Notes: a model not told the origin generated them from the letters alone. A stretch of 41,145 bases of DNA from an uncultured Candidatus Saccharibacteria bacterium (GCA_964366465.1 CAYITR010000001.1:1-41145), one strand, 5' to 3'; positions 1-9,228 are shown, numbered from the stretch's first letter. A program made the numbers and translations.

Positions 1-1089
1 CGCGCCGGACTTACTAAAAGCATGAGCATACTTTCCCATGCGTTCATAACCTTCTTTGTCTTCAATAATTCTATCAATTTCTGAACTCAGAATATTTGCG
101 GTCATATTGGCCTCCTCGATGACACTACATGCTCCGACTCGAGCATAACTAAAAGCATTAGTTTTAGAATGGTCTGCATTAGATTCCGTGAAAGGAATCA
201 AAATTGAGGGCAAGCCCCAAGACGCTATCTCAAACAAGGTCGATCCAGCACGAGAAACGACAATACTCGCAGCTCCAGCCGCCATTTTCATCACTAATGG
301 GTTTAGAAACGGAATAGAAACATATCTGGATTTTTCATTGTTTTCTGTAAGGATGACGTCTGACCTTCCTTTAACCATTTTGTAATTTAGAACGCCAGTC
401 TGGTGAATTACTTGATAACTTTTGACCAGCCTAGGTAGTGCGTCCAGTACTGTATTGTTCAATAGTTCCGCACCTTGAGACCCACCTATGATAAAAATAA
501 CCGGCAGATGGGATTCAAATTTAAAATATTCCAGGGCTTCGCTCTTCTGCGCTGGATGCTCGATTTCAACCCTGATCGGCTGACCAGTCCAGGCCACCTT
601 CTCTTTAGGGAAAAATGCTCCAGCTTCTTCAAAGGAAACAGCCACCTTCTTGGCAAAACGCCCAGCCCATATATTTACCCGACCGGGCTTGGAATCCGAC
701 TCATGGATAATTATCGGAATGCCGAGGATGCGCGCCGCCAGAAGCGTCGGGAAGGAAGCATACCCGCCTTTGCCGAAGACAACATCCGGATAAATCGAAA
801 ATAATTTAAAAAGCGCGTTTAGCGTACCAAAAAATATTTTAAATAAATCAAAAAAATTATAAAATAAATTCGAGAAAGCCGAGCCAACCCGCATTTTACC
901 AGCATATACTTGCTCGTATAAAATCCCATTCTCGAACAATACCTCCTCGTCGTAAGGATTATCCGAAAGGTAAAATAATTTTGGTCCGATTATATTTTCT
1001 GTGTCCGCCAATTGGTTAACCCTTTCCGCCACAGCGATAATAGGATAGAAATGCCCCCCTGTTCCCCCACCTGTAAAGACAATTTTCAT
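1..1089 (-). CDS. murG: MurG glycosyltransferase (lipid II synthesis); last few codons run off the window start
   Basis: Absent from the ORF track because there is no stop in the window. Manual minus-strand translation from ATG 1089-1087 stays open to base 1: MKIVFTGGGTGGHFYPIIAVAE..VFGKGGYASFPTLLAA..IIHESDSKPGRVN..FIIGGSQGA..VSRAGSTLFEIASWGLPSILIP. The GGTGGH and GGSQGA loops are MurG hallmarks. It sits next to ftsW and mraY. Confidence 0.9.
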   Translation of the reverse strand, partial: MKIVFTGGGTGGHFYPIIAVAERVNQLADTENIIGPKLFYLSDNPYDEEVLFENGILYEQVYAGKMRVGSAFSNLFYNFFDLFKIFFGTLNALFKLFSIYPDVVFGKGGYASFPTLLAARILGIPIIIHESDSKPGRVNIWAGRFAKKVAVSFEEAGAFFPKEKVAWTGQPIRVEIEHPAQKSEALEYFKFESHLPVIFIIGGSQGAELLNNTVLDALPRLVKSYQVIHQTGVLNYKMVKGRSDVILTENNEKSRYVSIPFLNPLVMKMAAGAASIVVSRAGSTLFEIASWGLPSILIPFTESNADHSKTNAFSYARVGACSVIEEANMTANILSSEIDRIIEDKEGYERMGKYAHAFSKSGA

Positions 1090-1099
1090 AAATTATTGT

Positions 1100-2200
1100 T
1101 TAAGTGTTACGTTGAAATTTTGATATTTGAAACACAACTCCGATAGCCATCATATACACCATAAGCGCAGTTCCACCATGAGACATAAAAACGAGCGGCA
1201 CCCCCGTCAGAGGGAAAACTCCGATATTCGAGGCAATATGCATAAAGGATTGCGCCGTAATCATTATAACAATCCCCGAGACCAAAAGTCTACTAAATAA
1301 ATCTGGTGAATGGTTGGCGATTCGGAAACCCCGCAAGGCAAAAAGGATGTATAGCACGATGACGGCAACTGCCCCGATAAAACCGGTTTCTTCGCCCAAA
1401 ACCGCAAAAATAGAATCCCCTTGAGCCTCCGGAAGATAGCTGAATTTCTGAATACTTTGACCAAACCCTCGGCCATAAATCCCTCCGCCACCGAGCGCGA
1501 TTAATGATTGCTGGATCTGGTATGACGACCCGCGCGGATCAGATGCAGGATCGAGAAATGTTTCAACTCTATCCTTTAGATAAGGAGTAAAAAATACAAA
1601 TAACGACAATACTAAAATAGTACTGAGGCTAAACCCTAAAATATATTTCATGGGCACCCCCGAGACGAAAAGCATAGCGAGTCCGGTTATGGTAATTAAA
1701 ATAAAACTTTTTGTATCAGGCTGTTGCAGGAGGACTACCGCAATAATCGAAAGCAAGACAAAAAGAGGCAAGATTCCAAACTTTAAATCTTGAACCCTGT
1801 TTTTAGCCCAAGACAACCAAGCGGCAAAATAAATTATGAAACCAAACTTCAAGAATTCCACCGGCTGAAAAGAAAAGCCTGAAAACTGAATCCACCTCTC
1901 TGCCCCACCATGACGCAAGCCGAGCGTAGGGATGAACACCGCCGAGGTCAAGAGTATCGTGCCAAGTAAAATAAAAAAAGCATGTTTACGCCAAAACTTG
2001 TAGTCAATCTTGAGGCACGCGTACATAGCCAAAAATCCGAAACCGAGCCCATAAATTAGCTGGCTTCTAAGCACCGAGTAAAATAATTCTTTATTTTTAA
2101 CTAAAAGCCCGAGCGACGCCGAGATGAAAAGTGCCACGCCAATAGCGATGATAAGCAAGACAACTATAAGGAAAAACTTGTCTATTTTTCTAGTGCGCAT
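1100..2200 (-). CDS. ftsW: FtsW/RodA/SpoVE (SEDS) family peptidoglycan polymerase / lipid II flippase
   Basis: 366-aa polytopic membrane protein with SEDS-type C-terminal motifs (PEAQGDSIFAVLGEETGFIG, GVFPLTGVPLVFMSHGGTA). Located between mraY and murG. Confidence 0.85.
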   Translation of the reverse strand: MRTRKIDKFFLIVVLLIIAIGVALFISASLGLLVKNKELFYSVLRSQLIYGLGFGFLAMYACLKIDYKFWRKHAFFILLGTILLTSAVFIPTLGLRHGGAERWIQFSGFSFQPVEFLKFGFIIYFAAWLSWAKNRVQDLKFGILPLFVLLSIIAVVLLQQPDTKSFILITITGLAMLFVSGVPMKYILGFSLSTILVLSLFVFFTPYLKDRVETFLDPASDPRGSSYQIQQSLIALGGGGIYGRGFGQSIQKFSYLPEAQGDSIFAVLGEETGFIGAVAVIVLYILFALRGFRIANHSPDLFSRLLVSGIVIMITAQSFMHIASNIGVFPLTGVPLVFMSHGGTALMVYMMAIGVVFQISKFQRNT

Positions 2201-2204
2201 TTTC

Positions 2205-3257
2205 TTAACTCACGATGGCAAAAATTATTCCAATAATAGCAAAGACCACGGACAGCACCCAGTAACGCATGGTGACCTTCTCTGCCGACCAACCAAGGGC
2301 CATAAAGTGGTGATGAAGTGGCGCCAGTTTGAAAACCCTCTTCCCTCCCCGCCATTTTTTGGAAGCAAGTTGTAAGATAACTGAAAATGAAGTCACAACC
2401 AAAGGAAATGCCACCACTGGTAAAATCAAAACCGAATCCGTCAGGAACGCTAGAGTAGAGAGAGTAATAGTGAGCCCCATAACCCCCGTTTCACCCATAT
2501 AAAATCTCGCCGGCGGAATATTAAACCAAAGAAATACTAAAGTAACCCCAGAGACAACTCCCGAGAAAGCCGCCAGGTCTATCTGGTTGTTGGCGAAAGC
2601 AATAGCTGAATATGCAGCAAATATCGAAGCCAATACTCCGCCCGCAAGCCCATCAAGGCCGTCAATAACCCCGCCGGAAAAAGTTGCCAATGCCACAATT
2701 ATAAAAAATGGGATTATTAAAATACCCATAAAGAATTCTCCATAAAACGGCACGTGAATAGAGTTCATGTCGAGTTTATAGAAGAACCACATACCGATAA
2801 AGAGGGCGAGGAGTGCGACGAGCATGGCCTTCCACTTGCGCCATGACGCATCGTCCTTAGCTAGACGCCCACTGCCATAAATTTGTAATAGGTCGTCCCA
2901 GAAACCGATAAGTGAACCAATCAGAAGTGTAAAAAGCGGTATTAGAGTCTGATTGCGACTAAAAAAGTTCATCTTCTCAGTATAAGTTGAGGGGAAAAAA
3001 ACAGGAGCTAAATAAAAAATCAAAGTAGTCAGCAAAACTGAAATCCAAATAATCATCCCACCCACCCGCGGAGTATGTAACTCTTCCCTCTCGTTGTGCA
3101 CCCTTAGGAAATCTTCCGAGGAGGCGCTTCCATTGCGGGAATACTTCTTCCACATCTTGTTTTTATAGAAGAAATGCGTGGCAATCGGGGTAATTAAAAG
3201 CCCGATAAAGAACGCGACAGCCATCGGCAAAAAGATTTTGACTAAATCCAAATACAT
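2205..3257 (-). CDS. mraY: Phospho-N-acetylmuramoyl-pentapeptide transferase MraY
   Basis: 350-aa polytopic protein with MraY motifs WDDLLQIYG, GVIDGLDGLAGG, NIPPARFYMGETG and APLHHHF. An extended -10 (TGCTATTCT, plus 3264-3272) lies 6 nt upstream of the ATG. Confidence 0.9.
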   Translation of the reverse strand: MYLDLVKIFLPMAVAFFIGLLITPIATHFFYKNKMWKKYSRNGSASSEDFLRVHNEREELHTPRVGGMIIWISVLLTTLIFYLAPVFFPSTYTEKMNFFSRNQTLIPLFTLLIGSLIGFWDDLLQIYGSGRLAKDDASWRKWKAMLVALLALFIGMWFFYKLDMNSIHVPFYGEFFMGILIIPFFIIVALATFSGGVIDGLDGLAGGVLASIFAAYSAIAFANNQIDLAAFSGVVSGVTLVFLWFNIPPARFYMGETGVMGLTITLSTLAFLTDSVLILPVVAFPLVVTSFSVILQLASKKWRGGKRVFKLAPLHHHFMALGWSAEKVTMRYWVLSVVFAIIGIIFAIVS

Positions 3258-3313
3258 CTGTTTAGAATAGCATTTCTACTGAATTTTTTCTACTTTTTGA
3301 ACTTTACAACTAC

Positions 3314-5062
3314 CTAGTAAACCTCTTGCTGATAACACTTCTCACAATATACTATCTCCGGCCGGTCGGGGGCATATGAAGTCTCAAACCCTACTTCACA
3401 CTTACCTTCGTGATTAGGGTGTTTTTTATCACACATACAAGTCCGACGCCAAAGCTCTAGGGGGTTTCTTTGTTTTAGACGATTAAAGTGTCGACAATTC
3501 GAGCATAGTCGGGGTAATGGGAAATTCATCCTTTTGTAGAATTGAAATTCTTCAGCAGTTATCTTGAATGCTTCAGTGCATTGTTCTTTACAGGTACCTT
3601 GATGAGAACATTCAAAAACTTTACCGACTACATCTTCTTGCACATCGACAATAGAGTTTGGAATTTCTTCTGTTGTAATATCTATCGTGTAATTTCTTTT
3701 TTCTGTATTTTTCCAGACATAACCTTTGCCTCCTGCTTCTTCGGCCGTAAGAGGAAAATATTCCTGCGCTATCGTTTCATTATAAGAAAAGGGTGACAAT
3801 TCTGTAGGGAAAAATTCCCCATACTTGTAAACTATACCCTTCTTGTCCACATAGGGCGTATCATTCATATGCTCAATGATTTTAGGTAGAAGTCTTTCAT
3901 ACTCCGCTTTGGTGTATTGCTTGTTTAATATACAATATTGCTTTTTCCGGAGCCCAATACAGCCAAAACAGTGTTTAATATTGTGGCAATTTAAGCAATA
4001 ACTTGTATCTTCTGAATTGTATAAAGTAATGCCAGAGAAATTCCTTGAGCCATGGTTGGCGTCTACTAATTCGCAGGAAAGTTCATTTTTAAATATTCCA
4101 TTGCCATCGTATGTATCTTTTAAATAAAGCGCGCTGTAAAGAAATTTTGAATTTTCAGCTTCCATAAATAAGTCGAAGCAATACAAACAACTTTTCGAAT
4201 TATTAATATTATCTCCAGTACAGTTGGCGGAAGAAAAGATATTAGCAAAACGATGAATAGAAGGCATGTATATTTCTTGTAAAAAACGATTTTGAATACT
4301 AGTAAAGTCTTGGTAACTATCCATTTTAAAAGTTTCTATTATTATTAAGTATTCTTCCCTAGAATATTGTTTATTCCAAATGCAGTAAGATTTACTAACT
4401 AAGTTGGCACAACCAAAACAATCTGTACAATTTCGGCAATTGTATAAAAAATATGAATCTGTGCAGTTTTTTGAATTACGACTCCAGAATAATTTATACG
4501 AGTCAAAGCAACCTTCGCATTCATATGAGAGTTCGCATTTGGTGCACATAAACAAATCCTGAGAGTCTTTGCATTGCATAAGTTTGTTGCCATATCGAAC
4601 ATTTTCATTCCAACCCGACCCAAAGACAAGGTAGCAATTTTTGTTGCCATCCATGTAATTGGTGTACTCGCAGTTTACGGAATTAATTACAGACAAAGCC
4701 ACAAGCGGTACGTTGTGTAAAAGTTTGGAAAATTGAGTAAAAAAGGGAACTGAAAAATCATATACTAGACCGTAATCAAACGCATCCCACTTGTCACTCC
4801 ACCAATATTCATTATCAAAAACAACCAAAGACTCTTCCGGGTCATACATGCTTATAATTTCTTCGTTATGACCTGGGGCAGCACATTTTACCCTGTGAAG
4901 TGATCGTTCATTTCGCCATGACATCCTTCTCTGATTTCTGCACTCCGGGCAAAACGTCGGTGGCGGGACTTTTATCTTTTCATAAAATCCAAAATCATCC
5001 GGCTCAATGGTGAAGTCGTTCTTACAGTTTTGGCATATTCGATTTTCACTTTTATGTTCCAT
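3314..5062 (-). CDS. Cys/His-rich multi-zinc-ribbon protein, paralog 1 (function unknown)
   Basis: 582-aa ORF with 37 Cys by my count. N-terminal C-x2-C-x24-C-x2-C ribbon (CQNCKNDFTIEPDDFGFYEKIKVPPPTFCPECRNQRR). An internal duplicated module ends CFGC..L..K.YCI.NKQY[ST]..EY. A second F.I..EE..FYKR..P.P..C..CRH ribbon is followed by CMCD and the terminal H-x-H-x3-C-x17-CxxC (..YAPDRPEIVYCEKCYQQEVY). No TM segment or signal peptide. Confidence 0.8.
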   Translation of the reverse strand: MEHKSENRICQNCKNDFTIEPDDFGFYEKIKVPPPTFCPECRNQRRMSWRNERSLHRVKCAAPGHNEEIISMYDPEESLVVFDNEYWWSDKWDAFDYGLVYDFSVPFFTQFSKLLHNVPLVALSVINSVNCEYTNYMDGNKNCYLVFGSGWNENVRYGNKLMQCKDSQDLFMCTKCELSYECEGCFDSYKLFWSRNSKNCTDSYFLYNCRNCTDCFGCANLVSKSYCIWNKQYSREEYLIIIETFKMDSYQDFTSIQNRFLQEIYMPSIHRFANIFSSANCTGDNINNSKSCLYCFDLFMEAENSKFLYSALYLKDTYDGNGIFKNELSCELVDANHGSRNFSGITLYNSEDTSYCLNCHNIKHCFGCIGLRKKQYCILNKQYTKAEYERLLPKIIEHMNDTPYVDKKGIVYKYGEFFPTELSPFSYNETIAQEYFPLTAEEAGGKGYVWKNTEKRNYTIDITTEEIPNSIVDVQEDVVGKVFECSHQGTCKEQCTEAFKITAEEFQFYKRMNFPLPRLCSNCRHFNRLKQRNPLELWRRTCMCDKKHPNHEGKCEVGFETSYAPDRPEIVYCEKCYQQEVY

Positions 5063-5075
5063 TTTTTTCTTTAAG

Positions 5076-5115
5076 CTACTTTAGTTTAGTAAAGTAATTT
5101 ACTTTGATAAAGTAG
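5076..5115. promoter_or_regulatory. 40-bp TACTTT/AAAGTA inverted-repeat module, 36/40 identical to the yerC-like promoter at 13451-13490
   Basis: CTACTTTAGTTTAGTAAAGTAATTTACTTTGATAAAGTAG lies in the 59-bp gap between the two Cys-rich genes. The last 18 nt (TTTACTTTGATAAAGTAG) are identical to 13473-13490. Confidence 0.6.
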
Positions 5116-5121
5116 TTAAAT

Positions 5122-6876
5122 TTAATATACTTCCGCTTGATAACACTTCTCACAATACACGATCTCCGGCCGATCGGGAGCGTAGCTGGTTTCAAACTCC
5201 ACCTCACACTTCCCCGCTCCGTGGTTGTGGTGGTTAGTTTTGTCGCACATGCACTCCCTGCGCCAGAGATGTAGTGGATTCTTTTGTTTTAAACGTTTGA
5301 AATGCCTACAATTCGGACACAAATGAGGAATTGGTAAACTGAGCCTCTTGTAAAAAACTAGTTCTTCAGAAGTTATTTTAAAAGCTTCGGTGCAAGACTC
5401 GTTGCATTTCCCCTCGTGCGCACAACCGATAACTTTACCGACGATAGAATCATCCGCGTCGTTAATATTGTCAGGTAATTCTTTTTCCTCAATTTCAATA
5501 TGATAGTTTCTTTGTTCGGGATTTTTCCAGGCAAAGCCAAAACTCTCTGCGCCTTGTTTGTCTAAGGGGTAATATTCCTGCGCAATTGTTTCGTTATATG
5601 CAAAAGGTGATAATTCCGCCGGAAAAAATTCGCCATATTTATACACCCTGCCCTTCTGATCAATGTAAGGCATTGTATTCATGTGCTCAATAATTTTCGG
5701 TAAGAGTTTCTCGTATTCTTCTTTTGTGTATTGCTTGTTTAATATACAATACTGCTTTTTACGAAACCCGATACAGCCGAAACAGTCCTTAACATCATGA
5801 CAATTCATGCAATAATAAGTATTTTCCGAGTTATATATGGTTATACTAGACAGATTCCTGGATCCAATATTAGCATCTACGAGTTCATATGATAATTCAT
5901 TTTTAAATATACCATTTCCGTCGTAAGAATCCTTTAGGTTGAGCGCGCTATATAAATATTTGGAATCTTCGGTTTCTTGATATAGATCAAAACAATTTAG
6001 ACAATTTTTAGCATTGTTTATATTGTCTCCAGTGCACCCTACGGACGAGAAAATATTAGCGTAACGGTGAATCGAAGAAAGATATAATTCGTTATAAAAA
6101 CGCTTCTTTATATTTTCTAATGCTTGGTCACTGTTGATTTTATATTCTTTTAAAATATTGAAATATTCATCTCGCGAATACTGCTTGTTCCAAATACAGT
6201 ATGATTTACTAATTAAATTAGTGCAGCCAAAACAATTTGTGCAGTTTCTGCAGTTATATAAAAAATAAGAATCCGTGCAACTTTTAGAGTTACGAGACCA
6301 AAATAAACGATATGAGTCCAAACAGCCCTCACATTCATAAGAAAGCTCACATTTTGTACACATTAGTAGGTCTTGTGAATCTTGGCACTGCATTAGTTTG
6401 TTTCCATATCTTACATTCTCGTTCCAGCCCGCGCCAAAAGTAAGGTAACAATTTTTGTTACCATCCACAAAATTTGTGTATTCAGAGTTTATGGAATTAA
6501 TTACAGAGAGAGCCACAATCGGAACATGACGGAGAAGTTTATTAAACTGAGTAAAAAAGGAAGTCGAGAAATCATAATCTATTCCGCTATCTAGCGCATC
6601 CCACTTGTCGCTCCACCAATATTCAGTATCGACAACATTGAAATTCTCGCTATCGCTATACATGCTGATAATGTCCTCAGAATGTCCAGGCACACGGCAT
6701 TTTACCTTATGTAAAGATCGCTCATTCCGCCAGGCCATTCGTCTCTGGTTTCTGCACTCCGGACAAAACGTAGGTGGCGGAACTTTGATCTTCTCATAAA
6801 ATCCGAAATCATCCGGCTCGATGGTGAAGTCGTTTTTGCAGTTTTGACAGGTTCGGTTTTCGTTTGTAAATTCCAT
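5122..6876 (-). CDS. Cys/His-rich multi-zinc-ribbon protein, paralog 2 (function unknown)
   Basis: 584 aa, collinear with and highly similar to paralog 1 (same N- and C-terminal ribbons, same central repeats). Preceded by GGTGGAG 4 nt upstream of the ATG. Confidence 0.8.
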   Translation of the reverse strand: MEFTNENRTCQNCKNDFTIEPDDFGFYEKIKVPPPTFCPECRNQRRMAWRNERSLHKVKCRVPGHSEDIISMYSDSENFNVVDTEYWWSDKWDALDSGIDYDFSTSFFTQFNKLLRHVPIVALSVINSINSEYTNFVDGNKNCYLTFGAGWNENVRYGNKLMQCQDSQDLLMCTKCELSYECEGCLDSYRLFWSRNSKSCTDSYFLYNCRNCTNCFGCTNLISKSYCIWNKQYSRDEYFNILKEYKINSDQALENIKKRFYNELYLSSIHRYANIFSSVGCTGDNINNAKNCLNCFDLYQETEDSKYLYSALNLKDSYDGNGIFKNELSYELVDANIGSRNLSSITIYNSENTYYCMNCHDVKDCFGCIGFRKKQYCILNKQYTKEEYEKLLPKIIEHMNTMPYIDQKGRVYKYGEFFPAELSPFAYNETIAQEYYPLDKQGAESFGFAWKNPEQRNYHIEIEEKELPDNINDADDSIVGKVIGCAHEGKCNESCTEAFKITSEELVFYKRLSLPIPHLCPNCRHFKRLKQKNPLHLWRRECMCDKTNHHNHGAGKCEVEFETSYAPDRPEIVYCEKCYQAEVY

Positions 6877-6883
6877 AACTCCA

Positions 6884-6939
6884 CCTCACCCGACCTTCGG
6901 CCACCCTCTCCTTGCCAAGGAGAGGTGCTGGGGGTGAGG
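6884..6939 (-). promoter_or_regulatory. GC-rich compound stem-loop between the dac 3' end and the Cys-rich paralog 2 start
   Basis: Outer arms CCTCACCC (6884-6891) / GGGTGAGG (6932-6939). Inner 9-bp stem CCTCTCCTT (6905-6913) / AAGGAGAGG (6917-6925). No U-tract, and the minus-strand 3' arm overlaps the GGTGGAG Shine-Dalgarno-like sequence of the downstream gene. Confidence 0.5.
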
Positions 6940-6942
6940 TCT

Positions 6943-7872
6943 TTAAGAATTGTATAGTATATTCACTATCTTTTCCATATCAGCGAAACGGCCGTCGAAG
7001 GTGGAGCCAAGGAGGGTGACGGCTATCTCGCGCCCGCCTTTATCTTTAAATATCACCACTAGGTTCCCGCCGGCGATTTCAGTAAAACCAGTTTTGGAGA
7101 AAAGCAAATTTGGGATTTTGCCTATTAAAATGTTGGTATTTTTGAAATTATGTTCGAAGCCAGATTCAGATTTTAGATTTATCTCAGGCATTGTCGTCAC
7201 GCTGAAAATTTCTGGATAAGCTTTCAGTGCATATATGGCCATAGCGTTGACGTCCTCCGCTGAAGCCACAACGCCTGCCTACGCAGGCAGGCCGACACCG
7301 ACAGGCTCCTTTTTATTTTCTAAGTACAGATCAAGCCCTGTCGGATTGGCAAAAAATGTATTAGCCGTGCCGAGTCTTTGCACTTTACTGTTAATACTTT
7401 CTAAAAAATTTTCTCTCTGTTCATACAAAGCATAAGCTCCATCGTTGGCGGAAACTATTAAGGTGAATTTGGCCAAATCCCCTATCTTCCATTTTTCATA
7501 AGCAAAAATTCCGAAATCTCCCGACTGCTTCACCGCATTTGGTGACACATAGACGATGTCATCCATCTGGTGCTCCTTTAATCCTTCGACGACGGTCATA
7601 ATTTTAGCCAGTGAAGCAATAGGTAACGCCACGTCATCGTTTTTCCCATAAATTTTTTCATTATCTGTTATGTTATAAACAGACACCGCTTGGGCTAAAA
7701 TCGGAGTTTGCTCAAGCGCATTTCTGACGCTCTCATTCCTTTCATTTTTTAATTTTGTAAATTCATGAAATTTTGAGTCGCCAATAAAAAAGAAAGTTGC
7801 TGTGAAAGCAACAACAAGTAACATAAAAAATAATATATTATTGTGCGTCTTCATCTTTGAGCGCTGTATCAA
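6943..7872 (-). pseudogene. Serine-type D-Ala-D-Ala carboxypeptidase (peptidase S11, PBP5/DacB-like) interrupted by one in-frame TAG
   Basis: Track ORFs 7279..7872 and 6943..7269 are in the same frame, separated only by TAG (plus cta 7279-7281). SxxK (ASLAKIMT), SxN (SANDGAY) and KTG (KTGFTEIAGG) motifs are split across the two pieces. Confidence 0.7.
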
Positions 7873-8374
7873 TACCCTTACTTACCTCATTGTATTCCGG
7901 CAATTCTTCCACCGACTTTATGCCCATGTATGACAAGAGCTCGAAGCTTGGCTTGTACACGTAGCGTCGGTTGTCTTTCGGGTCAGAAATTTTTTCTATA
8001 AGTCCCCGCACAGACAATGCGCGGAGGGTAAAGCTCGAATTCACCCCACGGATGAAATCAATCTCCGCCCTGCCGACTTCGTTCTTATACAAAACGATAG
8101 ACAAAGTCTCGAGCGAAGCCTTAGAAAGCTCCCTGTTTAATTCTTCTTTCCTAATGTTTTCAATAATCTCACTCATCTCTGGCGCGGTGCCGAGCGTGAC
8201 GCTACTGTCTTTCTCTACGAGCACAATTCCCCTCCCTGAGAGACTCGCTTGGAGTTTCAAAAGCGCCTCGTCTACTTCATTCGACTCCACATCGAAAATC
8301 TCGCTCAGCTTTTTACGCGACATCGGCTCTCCTTTGAAAAACAGTATCGCTTCGATTTTAGTTTCTAGATTCAT
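7838..8374 (-). CDS. scpB: Segregation and condensation protein B
   Basis: 178 aa. The N-terminus KIEAILFFKGEPMSRKKLSEI is typical of ScpB winged-helix proteins. Directly downstream of scpA. Confidence 0.85.
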   Translation of the reverse strand: MNLETKIEAILFFKGEPMSRKKLSEIFDVESNEVDEALLKLQASLSGRGIVLVEKDSSVTLGTAPEMSEIIENIRKEELNRELSKASLETLSIVLYKNEVGRAEIDFIRGVNSSFTLRALSVRGLIEKISDPKDNRRYVYKPSFELLSYMGIKSVEELPEYNEVSKGIDTALKDEDAQ

Positions 8375-8391
8375 AATTATACTTTACACTT

Positions 8392-9138
8392 TTAACTTTC
8401 TACTTGAGGAGATTGTTTTTCCAAAACAATCTCCTCGCTCCCCAGCTCCTGCACAGCGTTTAGTATACCTTGCCTGACCATTTCGAGCATAGCCAGGAAG
8501 CCGACGATGACTTCAACCTTCTCCTCCTTTGTCTTACTCTCACCTTTCTTGTGATTGGCGAAATCTCGGAAGCTCATAGTGATAGAGCTCTGAATGCGTT
8601 CAGTCAGCTTGTCGATCATTTCTTCGATACTTATAACCTTACGCACTTCCACGTTTGGCATAAATTGCTTCTTCGGCATTGCTCCGAGCACTTCCTTGGC
8701 GAAGGTCATCATACTCTCGCGGGTGATCTGGCTATCGGGTAAAAATACAACAACATCATTCCTTCTTTCCTCTGAGGCAAAAATAATATTTTTACCAAAA
8801 TTGCTTTTTATATTTAATCCCAACCTGGTGAAAAGTTCGTAGAGTCGCAACCTTTCTTCTAAATTTTTAATGTCGCCTTTTTCTTCGTCAGTTAATTCTA
8901 GATTCGGCAACAGTGATTTTGATTTAATTAAAATTAGCGTTGAAGCTACGAGGATAAAACTGGAAATCTCGTTGGGGTGAATAGCTCCCAACTTGTTCAT
9001 GTATTGCAAATAGTCTTCCGTCACTGCCGAGAGCGACACGTCGTTTATGTGTAGCTTTCGCTTCTCCACTAAGCCTAAAAGCAGGCCAAACGGCCCCTCA
9101 AACCCAGCAGTTTTTATAGTATAACTATTACTTTCCAT
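8392..9138 (-). CDS. scpA: Segregation and condensation protein A (kleisin)
   Basis: 248 aa with FEGPFGLLLGLVEKRKLHINDVSLSAVTEDYLQYM, a typical ScpA N-terminus. Extended -10 TGCTAACAT (plus 9145-9153) lies 6 nt upstream of the ATG. Confidence 0.85.
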   Translation of the reverse strand: MESNSYTIKTAGFEGPFGLLLGLVEKRKLHINDVSLSAVTEDYLQYMNKLGAIHPNEISSFILVASTLILIKSKSLLPNLELTDEEKGDIKNLEERLRLYELFTRLGLNIKSNFGKNIIFASEERRNDVVVFLPDSQITRESMMTFAKEVLGAMPKKQFMPNVEVRKVISIEEMIDKLTERIQSSITMSFRDFANHKKGESKTKEEKVEVIVGFLAMLEMVRQGILNAVQELGSEEIVLEKQSPQVES

Positions 9139-9175
9139 CCCTGTATGTTAGCACTTTTTAGAAAAAAGAGAAATG

Positions 9176-9228
9176 AAAAAAACCGCTCCTCCAGTTCGGC
9201 TTTTTCATACGAACTGCAGAAACGGTTT
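9176..9228 (-). terminator. Intrinsic terminator of the GC-rich cassette
   Basis: Minus strand reads AAACCGtttCTgCAGTTCG..CGAACTGgAGgagCGGTTTTTTT. This is an imperfect long hairpin with a CAGTTCG/CGAACTG core followed by T7. Confidence 0.65.

Noticed and set aside
3542-6884. Short ORFs antisense to or overlapping the Cys-rich genes (3542..3796, 4399..4650, 6605..6799, 6702..6884, and likewise 34230..34466, 35007..35346, 36332..37657)
   Set aside because: They are embedded in long, paralog-supported reading frames, have low-complexity or hydrophobic composition, and lack start signals.
7279-7281. TAG reassignment (alternative genetic code) as the explanation for the in-frame stop in dac
   Set aside because: TAG terminates several well-delimited genes here at positions expected from homology (cysS 28305-28307, suhB, GNAT). 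The other interrupted gene uses TAA, so recoding of one codon is not supported.
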